From a virus, in UHGV virus genome UHGV-0090440: a DNA stretch of 64,000 nucleotides; one strand, 5' to 3'. Shown one piece after another: positions 1-9,285 of this stretch. Within the stretch, counting starts at the first letter, position 1. Every line of letters starts with the position of its first letter. The position numbers were made by a program, and so were the translations under genes. A model generated the notes under the pieces. It was not told where the DNA came from, made no database searches, and saw only the letters and a list, made by a program, of their open reading frames with translations.

Positions 1-378
1 TAGAGTAGCGATACCGCCAGCAGAAATAGTTACGTCCCTGGCTGTAATGAATGTCACCCCATTGTGACCTTCAATGCTGAGCGATACCCCATTTTCGGAG
101 GCGACGTTAACCCGGCTATAGCATTTTTCAAATGCTTTCTCTGGCACATAGACCAGATAGCCATTTTCAGCAGTGACGAGATATCCTCCTATTTGCGGTC
201 GGAATTTTTCCAAGAACGCACCATCAACACGAAGCGTCATTCCTTTTGGCTCAACGACTTCGATACTGCCAAAAATGGGCGCATAAGCTTTGCCGACAAT
301 AACAATATCTTTGATTTTCGATGCCCGAATGATGCTGTGGCATTTGTATTTGGGGAACACCTGAAAAGTGCTGACCAT
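1..378 (-). CDS. hypothetical protein, 3' end beyond window start
   Basis: Open minus-strand frame of 126 codons from ATG at 378-376 to the window edge; AGGAAGGA Shine-Dalgarno just upstream; same strand as the adjacent dut operon. Not in the supplied ORF track because it runs off the window. Confidence 0.45.
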   Translation of the reverse strand, partial: MVSTFQVFPKYKCHSIIRASKIKDIVIVGKAYAPIFGSIEVVEPKGMTLRVDGAFLEKFRPQIGGYLVTAENGYLVYVPEKAFEKCYSRVNVASENGVSLSIEGHNGVTFITARDVTISAGGIATL

Positions 379-392
379 AATCCTTCCTCTAC

Positions 393-887
393 TTAAAACT
401 TTGCGTACTGAAGCGGTGTACGCTTGATTTCAACGCGGTCTTCCGATGTGCTACCAAAGCCACCAGCGCCTCGCTCTGTTTCATCGAGTTCATCAACTTC
501 TACCAGCGATACCGGTTCAACACGCTCAAAAATGCCTTGCATGACCGCCATTCCTGGCTTGAGGCAAACGCCTTCACCACCGGGATCTGTAATCAGTTTT
601 GCCATGATTTCACCGCGATAATCGGAGTCGATAATTCCTACGCAGTTAGCCAGGCGAGTATGTTTTTTGCAGCCCAATCCGGAACGCGGATAGAGTTTCA
701 GACACCAGCCGGGCGGGATCTCCATAGCCAGTCCGGTGTACACCCACCAGCTTGAGGAAATTGCACCATTGCTATCGACACATGGTTTTATTTCAACAGC
801 CTCAAAATCCATCGCCGCCGATCCGGAGGTGGCATAAGCTGGAAGTTTTGCTGCCGGATGTAGGCGTTTCACTTTTACGTAAATCAT
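393..887 (-). CDS. dut: dUTP diphosphatase (dUTPase)
   Basis: 164-aa product with dUTPase motifs (AAKLPAYATSGSAAMDF, RSGLG, GIIDSDYRGEI); start overlaps upstream gene stop (ATGA). Confidence 0.85.
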   Translation of the reverse strand: MIYVKVKRLHPAAKLPAYATSGSAAMDFEAVEIKPCVDSNGAISSSWWVYTGLAMEIPPGWCLKLYPRSGLGCKKHTRLANCVGIIDSDYRGEIMAKLITDPGGEGVCLKPGMAVMQGIFERVEPVSLVEVDELDETERGAGGFGSTSEDRVEIKRTPLQYAKF

Positions 888-1360
888 TGTTTTTTAGCTC
901 TCTGCGTGAAGGTGTAAACCCGACGTTTGATATGTGGAACGGTAGGAACAGGAATACAGGAACTTTCAATAACTCCTTGCTCCTCCAGCGATCGCACCGC
1001 CCGCAAGAACTGCGACGTGTCGCCGCCAAACTGGCGGGCATAGGTGCTGCCGTTATGAAGTATTTGAGCTATTACCCGGGCTTTTGTCTGGCTGTCACGA
1101 TATGCGAATAGCCGCACGGCCTCTTCTGGCGCAATCGATAACTGATAGCCTTTACCGGCACGGTGTCGAATGAATCCATGCGCCAGTAGGTTTTTGAGTT
1201 CGTTACGAGTGCGAACAGATCCGTAATCCAGGAAGTGTGGATTGATAACGACTGGCTTAAACCATTCCGTAGGTGCTTTAGCTAATAGAGCTAACAGCTT
1301 CCCGGACAATCCTGGATAGGAAGACGGGTAACAATTCAGAGATGGGTAATAAGTTTTCAC
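884..1360 (-). CDS. hypothetical protein
   Basis: 158-aa ORF translationally coupled to neighbours on both sides in the operon downstream of the Cre-like gene. Confidence 0.5.
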   Translation of the reverse strand: MKTYYPSLNCYPSSYPGLSGKLLALLAKAPTEWFKPVVINPHFLDYGSVRTRNELKNLLAHGFIRHRAGKGYQLSIAPEEAVRLFAYRDSQTKARVIAQILHNGSTYARQFGGDTSQFLRAVRSLEEQGVIESSCIPVPTVPHIKRRVYTFTQRAKKQ

Positions 1361-1713
1361 CGACGCCCCCTTGCCGGATATCGACCTGCATTAGTATCCG
1401 GTGCAATAAAGCCGGTAGTGGGGCGAGTGAAAGCGAGATTAATCTTCTCGACCATAGTGCGATAATTTTCCTGATAGTGGGCCAGGAGTTTTTCGGCGGC
1501 AATGATGGTTACTTTCCGGACGTAGCTTTCTGCTTCCTCCAGATTTCGCCAGTTTTTTTCGAGGGTAAACACAGGGACGGCCTCAAGCCCGGTCATGATG
1601 CCGAATACAACGACAGCATGACTGTTCTTAACACCAGCGGCGAAGGTTACGGTGTAACCATCCACCGTGAAGCGTCTTGATTCCGTGATTTGACTCTGCA
1701 AAGCACCCTCCAA
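1357..1713 (-). CDS. hypothetical protein
   Basis: 118-aa ORF, first gene of the dut operon; operator-like motif 45 bp upstream. Confidence 0.45.
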   Translation of the reverse strand: MEGALQSQITESRRFTVDGYTVTFAAGVKNSHAVVVFGIMTGLEAVPVFTLEKNWRNLEEAESYVRKVTIIAAEKLLAHYQENYRTMVEKINLAFTRPTTGFIAPDTNAGRYPARGRR

Positions 1714-1759
1714 AATAGGCGAGGGTACTTTACAGCAAAGATAACAATCTAAAAAGATG

Positions 1760-1773
1760 TGTTAGAAATTTAA
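1760..1773 (+). promoter_or_regulatory. recurrent 14-bp motif site (TGTTAGAAATTTAA)
   Basis: One of at least 10 intergenic copies of consensus TGTTAGAAAATTAA; sits at the 3' end of the Cre-like gene, upstream of the dut operon. Confidence 0.4.
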
Positions 1774-1774
1774 T

Positions 1775-2803
1775 TTACGAATCCATCAAGCGGCTATTAG
1801 CCCCCACAGACACACCGCCACGGCGCAGATACCGCATAAGTGTTTCCGGTTTCTTCCAGGTTCCTTCCTGCATGATCTCCACCATAGACACCTGCTTTTC
1901 AGCCATATCAATAGCGGCCCCGACGCGTGCACTATGCCCGGTCCACGTCCGGTATCTTCCTTTGTTTGGCGTAGCATCCCTTTTATTCAGCAACCCCCAG
2001 GCGTCGCTGAATATTTTCTCCATTGCAGGTGCAGTAAGGGGCGTTGTCGTAATCCTGGCCTTATTGCTACGGTGTATCGGCGGGAACAGCACCGCGTCAG
2101 GATGTTCACGAAGCCCGGAAACATCCAGCCAGTCATTCAGCACAGCAGTAGTGCGACGGGAAAGCACCTTATCAAGCCCGGCGGCGGTCGTTATTGTCTT
2201 CGTGTGTGAAATATGTAGCGTGACAGTGTCACCTATTTGGTCCAGATCTCCTACACGAATACGCGAGATTTCCGACATACGCATCAGCGTATTGTATGCA
2301 ACAAAGAGAAAAGCCCGGTTGCGCTGGTCCACCAGCCGTTCTGACCTGGACAGCAGGACGTCGAGCAGTTTCAGGTCGTCCCACCGCAACGGTATAGCCT
2401 GGCCTGTTCGCTCGCCTTTTCCCGTTGCCGCTTCGCGCCGGATGCGCCGCATGGCCAGAGACACACTTTTATCGTCCGACAGCGGCGGGAGGCCACATTG
2501 CGAAAGCAGCATGTTAAGCATGGCATAGTGCTTATCAATGGTGGTCGAAGCCAGATCGGCATCATGCAACTGAAGAAAATACTCGCGGGCCATTTCTGGT
2601 GAGATCGGAAACCAGGCAAGCTGGCGAGCGTGACACCAGCGCGCCCAGGAATGAAACACCAACCGGAGGTCGCGCAGAGTATTCGGCGCATAAGCCCCCT
2701 GGTCATTCATGAACCGCATAAAGTTTTCTGCGGCTTCCTGGTACTCTTTGCCAATGTTGCGCAGAAAACCACCGGAACTGCCAGAGATAATCAACTCACT
2801 CAT
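1775..2803 (-). CDS. cre: Cre-like tyrosine site-specific recombinase
   Basis: 342 aa; colinear similarity to P1 Cre as recalled (SVSLAMRRIRRE, AYNTLMRMSEISRIRVGD, HSARVGAA, GTW, MRYLRR), covering the R..HxxR..W..Y catalytic signature. Confidence 0.9.
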   Translation of the reverse strand: MSELIISGSSGGFLRNIGKEYQEAAENFMRFMNDQGAYAPNTLRDLRLVFHSWARWCHARQLAWFPISPEMAREYFLQLHDADLASTTIDKHYAMLNMLLSQCGLPPLSDDKSVSLAMRRIRREAATGKGERTGQAIPLRWDDLKLLDVLLSRSERLVDQRNRAFLFVAYNTLMRMSEISRIRVGDLDQIGDTVTLHISHTKTITTAAGLDKVLSRRTTAVLNDWLDVSGLREHPDAVLFPPIHRSNKARITTTPLTAPAMEKIFSDAWGLLNKRDATPNKGRYRTWTGHSARVGAAIDMAEKQVSMVEIMQEGTWKKPETLMRYLRRGGVSVGANSRLMDS

Positions 2804-2954
2804 GGAACTATTTCACCTCTATATACAGATGACGCTACGCGAAAAATATAAAAATGACAGGGTAGCTATAAGTTAATTTTCAAAATACAAGCCTTTGATT
2901 CGAAGCACGTATTTTCAGTGATGTCAATACTGTTCATCTACACATGATTATAGT

Positions 2955-2988
2955 CTAACTTTAAATAATGCCAATTATTTAAAGTTAT
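2955..2988. other. candidate lox-type recombination site
   Basis: Perfect 13-bp inverted repeats TAACTTTAAATAA (2956-2968, 2975-2987) around asymmetric 6-bp core TGCCAA; as 13+8+13 it reads CTAACTTTAAATA-ATGCCAAT-TATTTAAAGTTAT, close to loxP arms (TAACTT...ATA) and spacer start (ATG). About 150 bp upstream of the Cre-like start. Confidence 0.5.
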
Positions 2989-3083
2989 AAAATGCCGATT
3001 TTTTTGTAATCCATCATAGATTGATGATGGACAGTAACACGTTGCCTTCATGGTCTTTAATTTGCGAAGTGTGGTTTCAACGG

Positions 3084-3097
3084 TTGGTTTTCTAACG
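3084..3097 (-). promoter_or_regulatory. recurrent 14-bp motif site (CGTTAGAAAACCAA, 11/14)
   Basis: Inverted relative to the site at 3172-3185; together they bracket the presumed promoter of the c1-position gene. Confidence 0.3.
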
Positions 3098-3171
3098 TTG
3101 ATGACAAAAAAATCATAGTCCGATCCTTTACTCGCTCTGTTATTCGACATAAATTTGTCATAGTAATTTTA

Positions 3172-3185
3172 TGTTAGAAAACTAA
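3172..3185 (+). promoter_or_regulatory. recurrent 14-bp motif site (TGTTAGAAAACTAA)
   Basis: Consensus match about 20 bp upstream of the RBS of the 3197-4237 gene. Confidence 0.4.
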
Positions 3186-3196
3186 ATCGCGTAGGA

Positions 3197-4237
3197 ATGA
3201 TGAGTATGAAGTCGATCGAGAAAGAGTACAAACGGTTCCTGCAAACCGCAGAACGGTGGAAAGAGCTGGTGGTCGCAAACTCTGTTTTCCATGATACCAG
3301 TTATGCTGGTGAGGAATTCCGCCATGTTGCATTAACGCATGACCAAAACATATTAGAAGAAGCTGAAAAATGTCTTGCTGAATGGAAAGCCTTCGTTGAC
3401 ATGTGCCGCGATGCCGACGGCAAAGCGTCGAACATTGTTGAGTCCGTATATTCTCCGATCCCATTCATCATTGAGGACACCAATCAAAGCACGCATGTCG
3501 TTGTGCAAAGCGCTACAACAACACGTGCATTTACACGTGAACAATTGCTAAAAAAATACGACAAAATCATAAAGAAAAGCCTGAAAAATAGGGTTTTTTC
3601 TCAAATCGTAGGTGCTCTTGAAGAAGAACAGCGCTTCTTTGAAGCTGAGCCTGAAGGCGAGATCTACCGGGCGCGTAAAGAGGCATATACAGATGTTGTG
3701 CTGACAACAAACATCGAAGGCAGTAATGCCCTTTCTCGCTTTAGAGTTGGCGCACATGGCGCATTGGTTTTCGCAAGACTACCGAAGACAACGATCCCCG
3801 TTGTCAATAATGTTGGTGAACGCCGGAGCATTACAATTTATTCTGGCGTCGAATCGGTACCTTGCAGCCTTCTCGGCGATTTTAACTTATATCGTGTTCG
3901 TGACCTGGAAAAACACCAGCCAAGCTACGTTGCGAAGTCGTATATCTTAAGGAACATCGATATTCGCAATGAAAGCCTTAAGCAGAAATCCGCTAAGATG
4001 CTGGAGGATGCCGATCCGGCTATTCGCCATATCATTGAGCGTAAGATACGTACATCACGTGAAGCAATGGCAAGGCTGGATAAAATGGATCTGGAATTGT
4101 TAGACGTAATGATGGCCTCTGGAGACGACCTGACCGGCATTAAACTGAATGAAGCTCGTAAAAAATACGGCAAAGCAATCGAAGAACGTTACGGATACAC
4201 ATTCCCCCAAACGCAGTACGCCGCGAAGCTCTGGTAA
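3197..4237 (+). CDS. hypothetical protein in the position of the P1 c1 immunity repressor
   Basis: 346-aa ORF (start may be ATG 3206, which has a better-spaced AGGA); divergent from the Cre-like gene, convergent with pacB, flanked by two motif copies, followed by an intrinsic terminator. Function inferred from position only. Confidence 0.55.
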   Translation: MMSMKSIEKEYKRFLQTAERWKELVVANSVFHDTSYAGEEFRHVALTHDQNILEEAEKCLAEWKAFVDMCRDADGKASNIVESVYSPIPFIIEDTNQSTHVVVQSATTTRAFTREQLLKKYDKIIKKSLKNRVFSQIVGALEEEQRFFEAEPEGEIYRARKEAYTDVVLTTNIEGSNALSRFRVGAHGALVFARLPKTTIPVVNNVGERRSITIYSGVESVPCSLLGDFNLYRVRDLEKHQPSYVAKSYILRNIDIRNESLKQKSAKMLEDADPAIRHIIERKIRTSREAMARLDKMDLELLDVMMASGDDLTGIKLNEARKKYGKAIEERYGYTFPQTQYAAKLW

Positions 4238-4246
4238 TCACAACCG

Positions 4247-4272
4247 GCCCCGCATCGCGGGGCTTTATATAT
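4247..4272 (+). terminator. intrinsic terminator
   Basis: GCCCCGC-ATC-GCGGGGC hairpin followed by TTTATATAT; sits between the convergent 3197-4237 and pacB genes. Confidence 0.55.
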
Positions 4273-5773
4273 CCAGATCCGGCATTTCGATATCCGCCAG
4301 AACCTGATCTCGGAAAGTTGCCATTTCGGCACCAATATCTTCATTAGCAGGCACATAGTCCACCAGCATAGTGAAGCAGTAGGTATCCCATCGGTCAGGC
4401 GATTTGATGTTTAGCTTTTGCCGCATGTGCTCTTTGCGCATCATCGCCATTTTCCCTTCTTCATTCATTAAAAAGGGGATTTTTGACGCTTGCTCTGCCG
4501 TTTTAGGGTCACTGTCTATCCGCATACGCCCTGACTTTATGGCATCACGCGCCATGATATTTGCGTAGGCACGCTGATTAACAAATCGCTCCCTGTCTTT
4601 GTTCGCAAACATGGGTTTTCCCCACCGAATACGTACCGGGTTCGCACCACGACGCACCAACTGCGCACACGTATCAGAACCAAAACCATCAGCATCAACC
4701 GCGATTGTTATATTCGGGTATTTTTCCGGCGTACATTCGTTATATATGAAGTCAGCAAAGGCCAATGGGTCCATAGTGCCAGGCATCTCCATTACCTTAA
4801 AGTTAACAACGCGCCGCTTATCCCTGTGACCTGATACCTTGCAGATGTTGAGGACCGACTTATCTCGCCCATTACCAACGTCAGCCGTTGCCACCCATCC
4901 CCAGTTTTTCTCCAACAACACCTTGCGGCGAGCAGAGCGATCGCATTCATCACGACCAAGCAAATAGCCGTTAATTTCTCGTGGGAACTGACCAAGCACC
5001 TTGACCATGTACTCAATAGAATCGCGCCCGCCATATTCCAGAAGCTTCTCCTTGATGAATTGTGGTGTGACGAACGGTGATTCTTCCGAGTTAAGAACAA
5101 TTGCTGTCCAGATCCCTTTCGGGTTGTCTGGGGTTTTTGCTCGAGAATGGTGCGAATCGTAGAAATAACCACTTGGCCTTGTTGGCTGGGATAGCATCAA
5201 CATCCGGTTATCTTCTTCAGTAAGAGCACCGGTCATTACGCCGATCGCCTTATCAGATATACCAGATGCTTCATCCAGAATTAGAAGCAAATGTGCCGCG
5301 TGTTCCCCCGCCAGCGCTTCTTCGTTGCCGAGTCGATAACCTTTGCAGAGAACTTCCCAAATCCCCTTACGGGAGCGCTCATAAAACATGGTGTCAGAGA
5401 GGACAAAATAGGTCTGCAACCACCCATGACGCTTAACTGCATTCGCCCAATACTGTTTAACGTATTTGAATACGCCTGTTTTTACCTGGCCTATCTTGTT
5501 AGCAACAATGATGACACGGGCATCGGGGAACAGGATCATAAAAATCAACAGCAACATCGCGGTAAGGGACGACTTCCCCGTTCCGTGTCCGGACGTGACG
5601 GTAGTCCTACTCCCCGTTTCCTGTACGGACTGAATGATCTGCTGCTGCTGCGGGGAGGGGAACATCCCAAAAATATCGACAACAGCCTGGGTAAAGTTGT
5701 AGCGGTATTTGATTACCATATCGCGCCAGCGTGGATCTCTGGTGACGCATTTAACCTTGCGCCCGCCAGCCAT
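4265..5773 (-). CDS. pacB: terminase large subunit (PacB-like)
   Basis: 502 aa; Walker A SGHGTGKSS, Walker B LLILDEAS, C-terminal acidic nuclease-type region (IAVDADGFG); translationally coupled to the upstream small subunit. Confidence 0.85.
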   Translation of the reverse strand: MAGGRKVKCVTRDPRWRDMVIKYRYNFTQAVVDIFGMFPSPQQQQIIQSVQETGSRTTVTSGHGTGKSSLTAMLLLIFMILFPDARVIIVANKIGQVKTGVFKYVKQYWANAVKRHGWLQTYFVLSDTMFYERSRKGIWEVLCKGYRLGNEEALAGEHAAHLLLILDEASGISDKAIGVMTGALTEEDNRMLMLSQPTRPSGYFYDSHHSRAKTPDNPKGIWTAIVLNSEESPFVTPQFIKEKLLEYGGRDSIEYMVKVLGQFPREINGYLLGRDECDRSARRKVLLEKNWGWVATADVGNGRDKSVLNICKVSGHRDKRRVVNFKVMEMPGTMDPLAFADFIYNECTPEKYPNITIAVDADGFGSDTCAQLVRRGANPVRIRWGKPMFANKDRERFVNQRAYANIMARDAIKSGRMRIDSDPKTAEQASKIPFLMNEEGKMAMMRKEHMRQKLNIKSPDRWDTYCFTMLVDYVPANEDIGAEMATFRDQVLADIEMPDLDI

Positions 5774-7137
5774 TAATCATCCTCCGGCGGTTCTATCGCG
5801 ATATCATCATCTCCGGCGTCATACCCTGCATCAGATGCATCATAATCACCGTAAATTTCAGCCGTTGCCGAAGGGTCAATATCCAGCTCTTCGTCGTTGG
5901 CCTCGAATTCTCCAGCTTTACGCTCGCCATTGCGGTCATAATCTCCGCACCCCAATTCTTCAACAATGGTTGCCACATCCGCCCGGCGCTCTGCCAGCCA
6001 TTGCGGATGGTTAGCCTGAAGCGTTGCAAACTCCCTTGCCTCTTTGTCCAGCTGTTCATCATCAACATCATTGACGTCAGAAACAGGTGGTTCGAGAAGA
6101 GTGATAGCTTTCGCCGCGCGCGCCGCGAGGATAGCCGGGACGCTGACCCCCTGGCGCTCGATGTATTCAGCAACACCGATATCATCCAGTTCCTCGCGCT
6201 CACGCATACGTATAGCGGCGGCGATAACTCTGGCTGCGCGTGCGTCAGCGCCAATGCGATATTCAATCTCTTTGCCACGCTGTTCGGCCTGTAGGCGTGC
6301 TAATTCGAGTTTTTCTCTGGCCTCAGCCTCTTTGAATGCTTGCTGGCGAGCGCTCTGACGAAGCTTTTCATCCCCCTGTCGCAGCTTTTGTTCGGACTGA
6401 TATATAGCTGCCAACCTACTGATAAAATCATTCATGTAGTAGGCCGCGTCACTGATTAGACCGAGAAGGCGCTGCCCAGGGTGCATTCCTTCTGGCTCTT
6501 TATCGCCCAAGGTGTCTATTTCCGCCTGTAGACGTTCGGCCTCCTGATCAACAATGCTTTGATACTGAAGTGCGCGCTCTTGCGCCATTTGAATTGCTAA
6601 CCGCAGGTGTTCTTCTGCGCCGTTCTTCATCATATCGCGAGCAACATTCGTAGTTGGCAATGTGGCACGCTGCACAGCACCGTCAGGGATCATTGCAGAA
6701 GATCCCTCAATTTTTGGGGCGCTTTTATCTTCTTCGGGGATCATTTTCGCCATTTTTTCGCGCAATGATCTCCTGACGGATTCTTTTATCTCATTGTTAT
6801 TATTTGAATTATTTTCATGATCCGAAGTTTTCTTTCTCGGCATACTTCGGAAAGAACCTGCGCCCTGCGAATTGTCAATTTCTGTAAATTTTGTTTTTTC
6901 TGCACCCTCTTCCTGCTTTTTTGTTGCTCTTCCTGCCCGTTTTTTTTCAGGTGATTTGGTGCTTTTTTTTGTTGTCTTTACCTGCGACCGCACCTCATTT
7001 TTTTTCATATTGAGATGCTTTCTGGCTGTATTGAAGCTAAGGCCATGCTCCTCACAGTATTCCTTTACAGTGATCCCTTTTTCTTCACGCAACGCTATAA
7101 AGCGGGCGCGGTGCTCCTCCCAATTAACCAGACTCAT
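5773..7137 (-). CDS. pacA: terminase small / pac-recognition subunit (PacA-like)
   Basis: 454 aa; N-terminal HTH-like region, long charged coiled-coil middle, acidic C-terminus; immediately upstream of the large subunit. Confidence 0.6.
   Translation of the reverse strand: MSLVNWEEHRARFIALREEKGITVKEYCEEHGLSFNTARKHLNMKKNEVRSQVKTTKKSTKSPEKKRAGRATKKQEEGAEKTKFTEIDNSQGAGSFRSMPRKKTSDHENNSNNNNEIKESVRRSLREKMAKMIPEEDKSAPKIEGSSAMIPDGAVQRATLPTTNVARDMMKNGAEEHLRLAIQMAQERALQYQSIVDQEAERLQAEIDTLGDKEPEGMHPGQRLLGLISDAAYYMNDFISRLAAIYQSEQKLRQGDEKLRQSARQQAFKEAEAREKLELARLQAEQRGKEIEYRIGADARAARVIAAAIRMREREELDDIGVAEYIERQGVSVPAILAARAAKAITLLEPPVSDVNDVDDEQLDKEAREFATLQANHPQWLAERRADVATIVEELGCGDYDRNGERKAGEFEANDEELDIDPSATAEIYGDYDASDAGYDAGDDDIAIEPPEDD
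6686..6833. other. candidate pac site
   Basis: Five GATC sites in about 150 bp inside the PacA-like gene, four embedded in TGATCY elements in both orientations; P1 pac is a cluster of Dam-methylatable TGATCA/G hexamers inside pacA (recalled). Confidence 0.35.
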
Positions 7138-7526
7138 AAAGCAACACCACGCTTTTTAACGGCGGCATTCCACAGCTTATTCGCCATGTCCACCAGCTCT
7201 CGTTGCTCTTTTCGCGCCTGTTCGACTGATTTCCTGCTACAGTTTTTAACCAGTAAACTGCCGTATTCAGGGGTTCGCCCACGCACCTTGAACTGATATC
7301 CGTTCAGGCCATGCAACCAGTATTTTCGTGGGTAAACGCGATCATCAAGCTCACAGATTGCCCTGCTTGAACGAACAAAATGACGAATGATGTTAGTTAC
7401 ACTTACTCGTGAGACATGGAGATGAGGGTATTTTTCTTTGGCGAGAATGGTAATTTCAGTGACTGTCAGATAGCAGTCAGCCCTAATCATGATATCCGCA
7501 ATTTCTGCGCTGCTGATTTGTTCCAT
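7134..7526 (-). CDS. hypothetical protein in the position of P1 lpa
   Basis: 130-aa ORF directly upstream of and overlapping the pacA-like start; motif copy about 80 bp upstream. Function inferred from position only. Confidence 0.45.
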   Translation of the reverse strand: MEQISSAEIADIMIRADCYLTVTEITILAKEKYPHLHVSRVSVTNIIRHFVRSSRAICELDDRVYPRKYWLHGLNGYQFKVRGRTPEYGSLLVKNCSRKSVEQARKEQRELVDMANKLWNAAVKKRGVAL

Positions 7527-7604
7527 TAATCCCCCGGGCAGGAAATGACCGAGGGGATGATAATGAGAATGTTAAAATTGTATAGACTGGCAAAAAGATG
7601 ATTG

Positions 7605-7618
7605 TATTAGAAAATTAA
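7605..7618 (+). promoter_or_regulatory. recurrent 14-bp motif site (TATTAGAAAATTAA)
   Basis: Upstream of the 7134-7526 gene; an inverted partial copy (ATCTAAC) lies 8 bp further on. Confidence 0.4.
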
Positions 7619-7634
7619 TACTAAATATCTAACG

Positions 7635-8027
7635 CTACCAGCGAGACAAACGAACAACATGTTTCACTTTTGCGATCCACTTTCCGCGACAACTATTGAT
7701 TACGGCCTGTGCCAGCTTCAAATTGGCTTCAAAATCAGCCTTACTACCATCAGACTCCACCAGCATTCCGCCATCTATTTCTGGTAAACATAGATAATCC
7801 TGCTCAACCTGCAGCGGCATTGATGGCTCTCTGAATGGCGTTACTTGCTCTGCTTTCCAGCGAAAGCTAACCCTCATCCCCCTGGTGGTCATTACCAGAT
7901 AGCCTGTTATAGTGCTTTTATGGCCCACATCAGTACGCGTGGCATTGCATGACACGATCTTACAGTTAGCGATAGACCACTCCATATTGGTGGCCTGTTG
8001 AGTGCTTAATTTGGTAGTCCCGTACAT
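7635..8027 (-). CDS. hypothetical protein
   Basis: 130-aa ORF translationally coupled to the upstream 191-aa ORF. Confidence 0.5.
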   Translation of the reverse strand: MYGTTKLSTQQATNMEWSIANCKIVSCNATRTDVGHKSTITGYLVMTTRGMRVSFRWKAEQVTPFREPSMPLQVEQDYLCLPEIDGGMLVESDGSKADFEANLKLAQAVINSCRGKWIAKVKHVVRLSRW

Positions 8028-8602
8028 CAGAAAGCCTCCCAGTCAGTCGCGATAATATCCACACCAGTTGCAAACCAGTCTGTCTGCGCCTGTAAATCAC
8101 CATTCATCATTACCAGGCGAGGCATCACCATCACATCGCACCCTTCCACAATATCGAATGCCTCTTCCGGCAAGAATTCGAAGAGCTTTTCTTTGCTGCC
8201 AATGCTGCCACGGAACATCGATATATAGCTCCCTTTAGGCCATGATGTCCGCCGGGCATCAAGCCCTTTCATCATCCAGTAAAAAGCCGAGGAAAAAGGG
8301 ATATTCTTTTTGCCAATGATTACATTATTCGCTTCTGTGTACTTCAGGAACTTAACTAACCTTACCATTGACTCGGATAACGCAACGTATGGCTCATGAT
8401 TGATTGCTGACACGCTTACACCGTGCAATCCAACGCTTACCACTGTCATATCGCCGCTCTGTGCGGTTTCGATATTGACGCCTTTGCGAACTAATGAGGC
8501 GTAAAGTTCCTCTCGCTTTTGGGTCCAGCGTTCCCGCCTCCCTATGAAGTCACTCAAAATGAGATCTTCTTCTGCATATGCGTTATCGTTCGCCGTTAAC
8601 AT
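8027..8602 (-). CDS. hypothetical protein
   Basis: 191-aa ORF with AAAAGGAG RBS. Confidence 0.55.
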   Translation of the reverse strand: MLTANDNAYAEEDLILSDFIGRRERWTQKREELYASLVRKGVNIETAQSGDMTVVSVGLHGVSVSAINHEPYVALSESMVRLVKFLKYTEANNVIIGKKNIPFSSAFYWMMKGLDARRTSWPKGSYISMFRGSIGSKEKLFEFLPEEAFDIVEGCDVMVMPRLVMMNGDLQAQTDWFATGVDIIATDWEAF

Positions 8603-8722
8603 AACGTCTCCTTTTTACACGCGCGACCATCTCTCGGTTAAACCGATAGAGATGTCGAAACTTCGTATTAATTAAGGGTTACAGCCTGAGCGGCTATATG
8701 ATGAATTGAAAGGAGTTGTGGC

Positions 8723-8737
8723 GGTGGTGCCTCCACC
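8723..8737. other. conserved hairpin GGTGG-TGCCT-CCACC
   Basis: One of three hairpins sharing the core GGTGCCTCC with compensatory changes in the outer stem (see 10371 and 12343). Confidence 0.4.
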
Positions 8738-8822
8738 TGCCAGGTTAGCCACTCCTGGCGACGTCACTTATCAGAACGTAGTGAATGAAAATGGCTTCGT
8801 CACGAGCGCATAGCCGCAATTA

Positions 8823-8871
8823 CCACAACGGAAACGGCGCTCGCGTTAATTAAACGCCTTTTCCTGTTGTG
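8823..8871 (-). ncRNA. structured element, family member E1
   Basis: Imperfect long inverted repeat CCACAACGGAAACGG...CCTTTTCCTGTTGTG downstream of tRNA-Ile on the transcribed strand. Confidence 0.3.
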
Positions 8872-9055
8872 CGCCGTACTCTTCCGGCTGTCACACCGAA
8901 TCGCCAGGGTGGTGAGTCCTCGGTCCGACGATATGAACGGGGCTTGCACATTCCGGCTACCTGGTTTGTTGCCTGAGCTAGGGGAAAAGGTAACCCCTTT
9001 AACGTCACCAGACCGCTAACGACGCATGTGCCATACGCCGTGTTACAACCAAATA

Positions 9056-9131
9056 TGGTGGCCCCTACCGGACTTGAACCGGTGACCGTGCGATTATGAG
9101 TCGCCAGCTCTAACCACTGAGCTAAAGGGCC
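9056..9131 (-). tRNA. tRNA-Ile (anticodon CAU, ileX-like)
   Basis: 76-nt cloverleaf by hand folding: acceptor GGCCCTT/AGGGGCC, D-arm GCTCAGTGGTTAGAGC, anticodon loop CTCATAA, T-loop TTCAAGT, encoded CCA. Near-identical to E. coli ileX as recalled; CAT could also read Met. Confidence 0.85.
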
Positions 9132-9285
9132 AGATTACTGTTAATTCCGCTTACGCTTTTTGCCAGGACCGCGTAAGGCTTTTGCTGCTTGCTCGACCCC
9201 ATATACAACCACCAGCAGAAATAAAAATGTCCACCAAGGGTTCTTATCGGCAAACGTCCAAAATTCCATCATGTTCTCTATTTGG

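Noticed and set aside
64-396. 110-aa plus-strand ORF from the track
   Set aside because: Fully antisense to a longer open minus-strand frame with a strong RBS that continues the dut operon; kept the minus-strand reading. Not certain.
2938-3150. 70-aa minus-strand ORF between the Cre-like and c1-position genes
   Set aside because: Lies in the AT-rich divergent promoter region, overlaps the lox-like palindrome and motif sites, low-complexity product.
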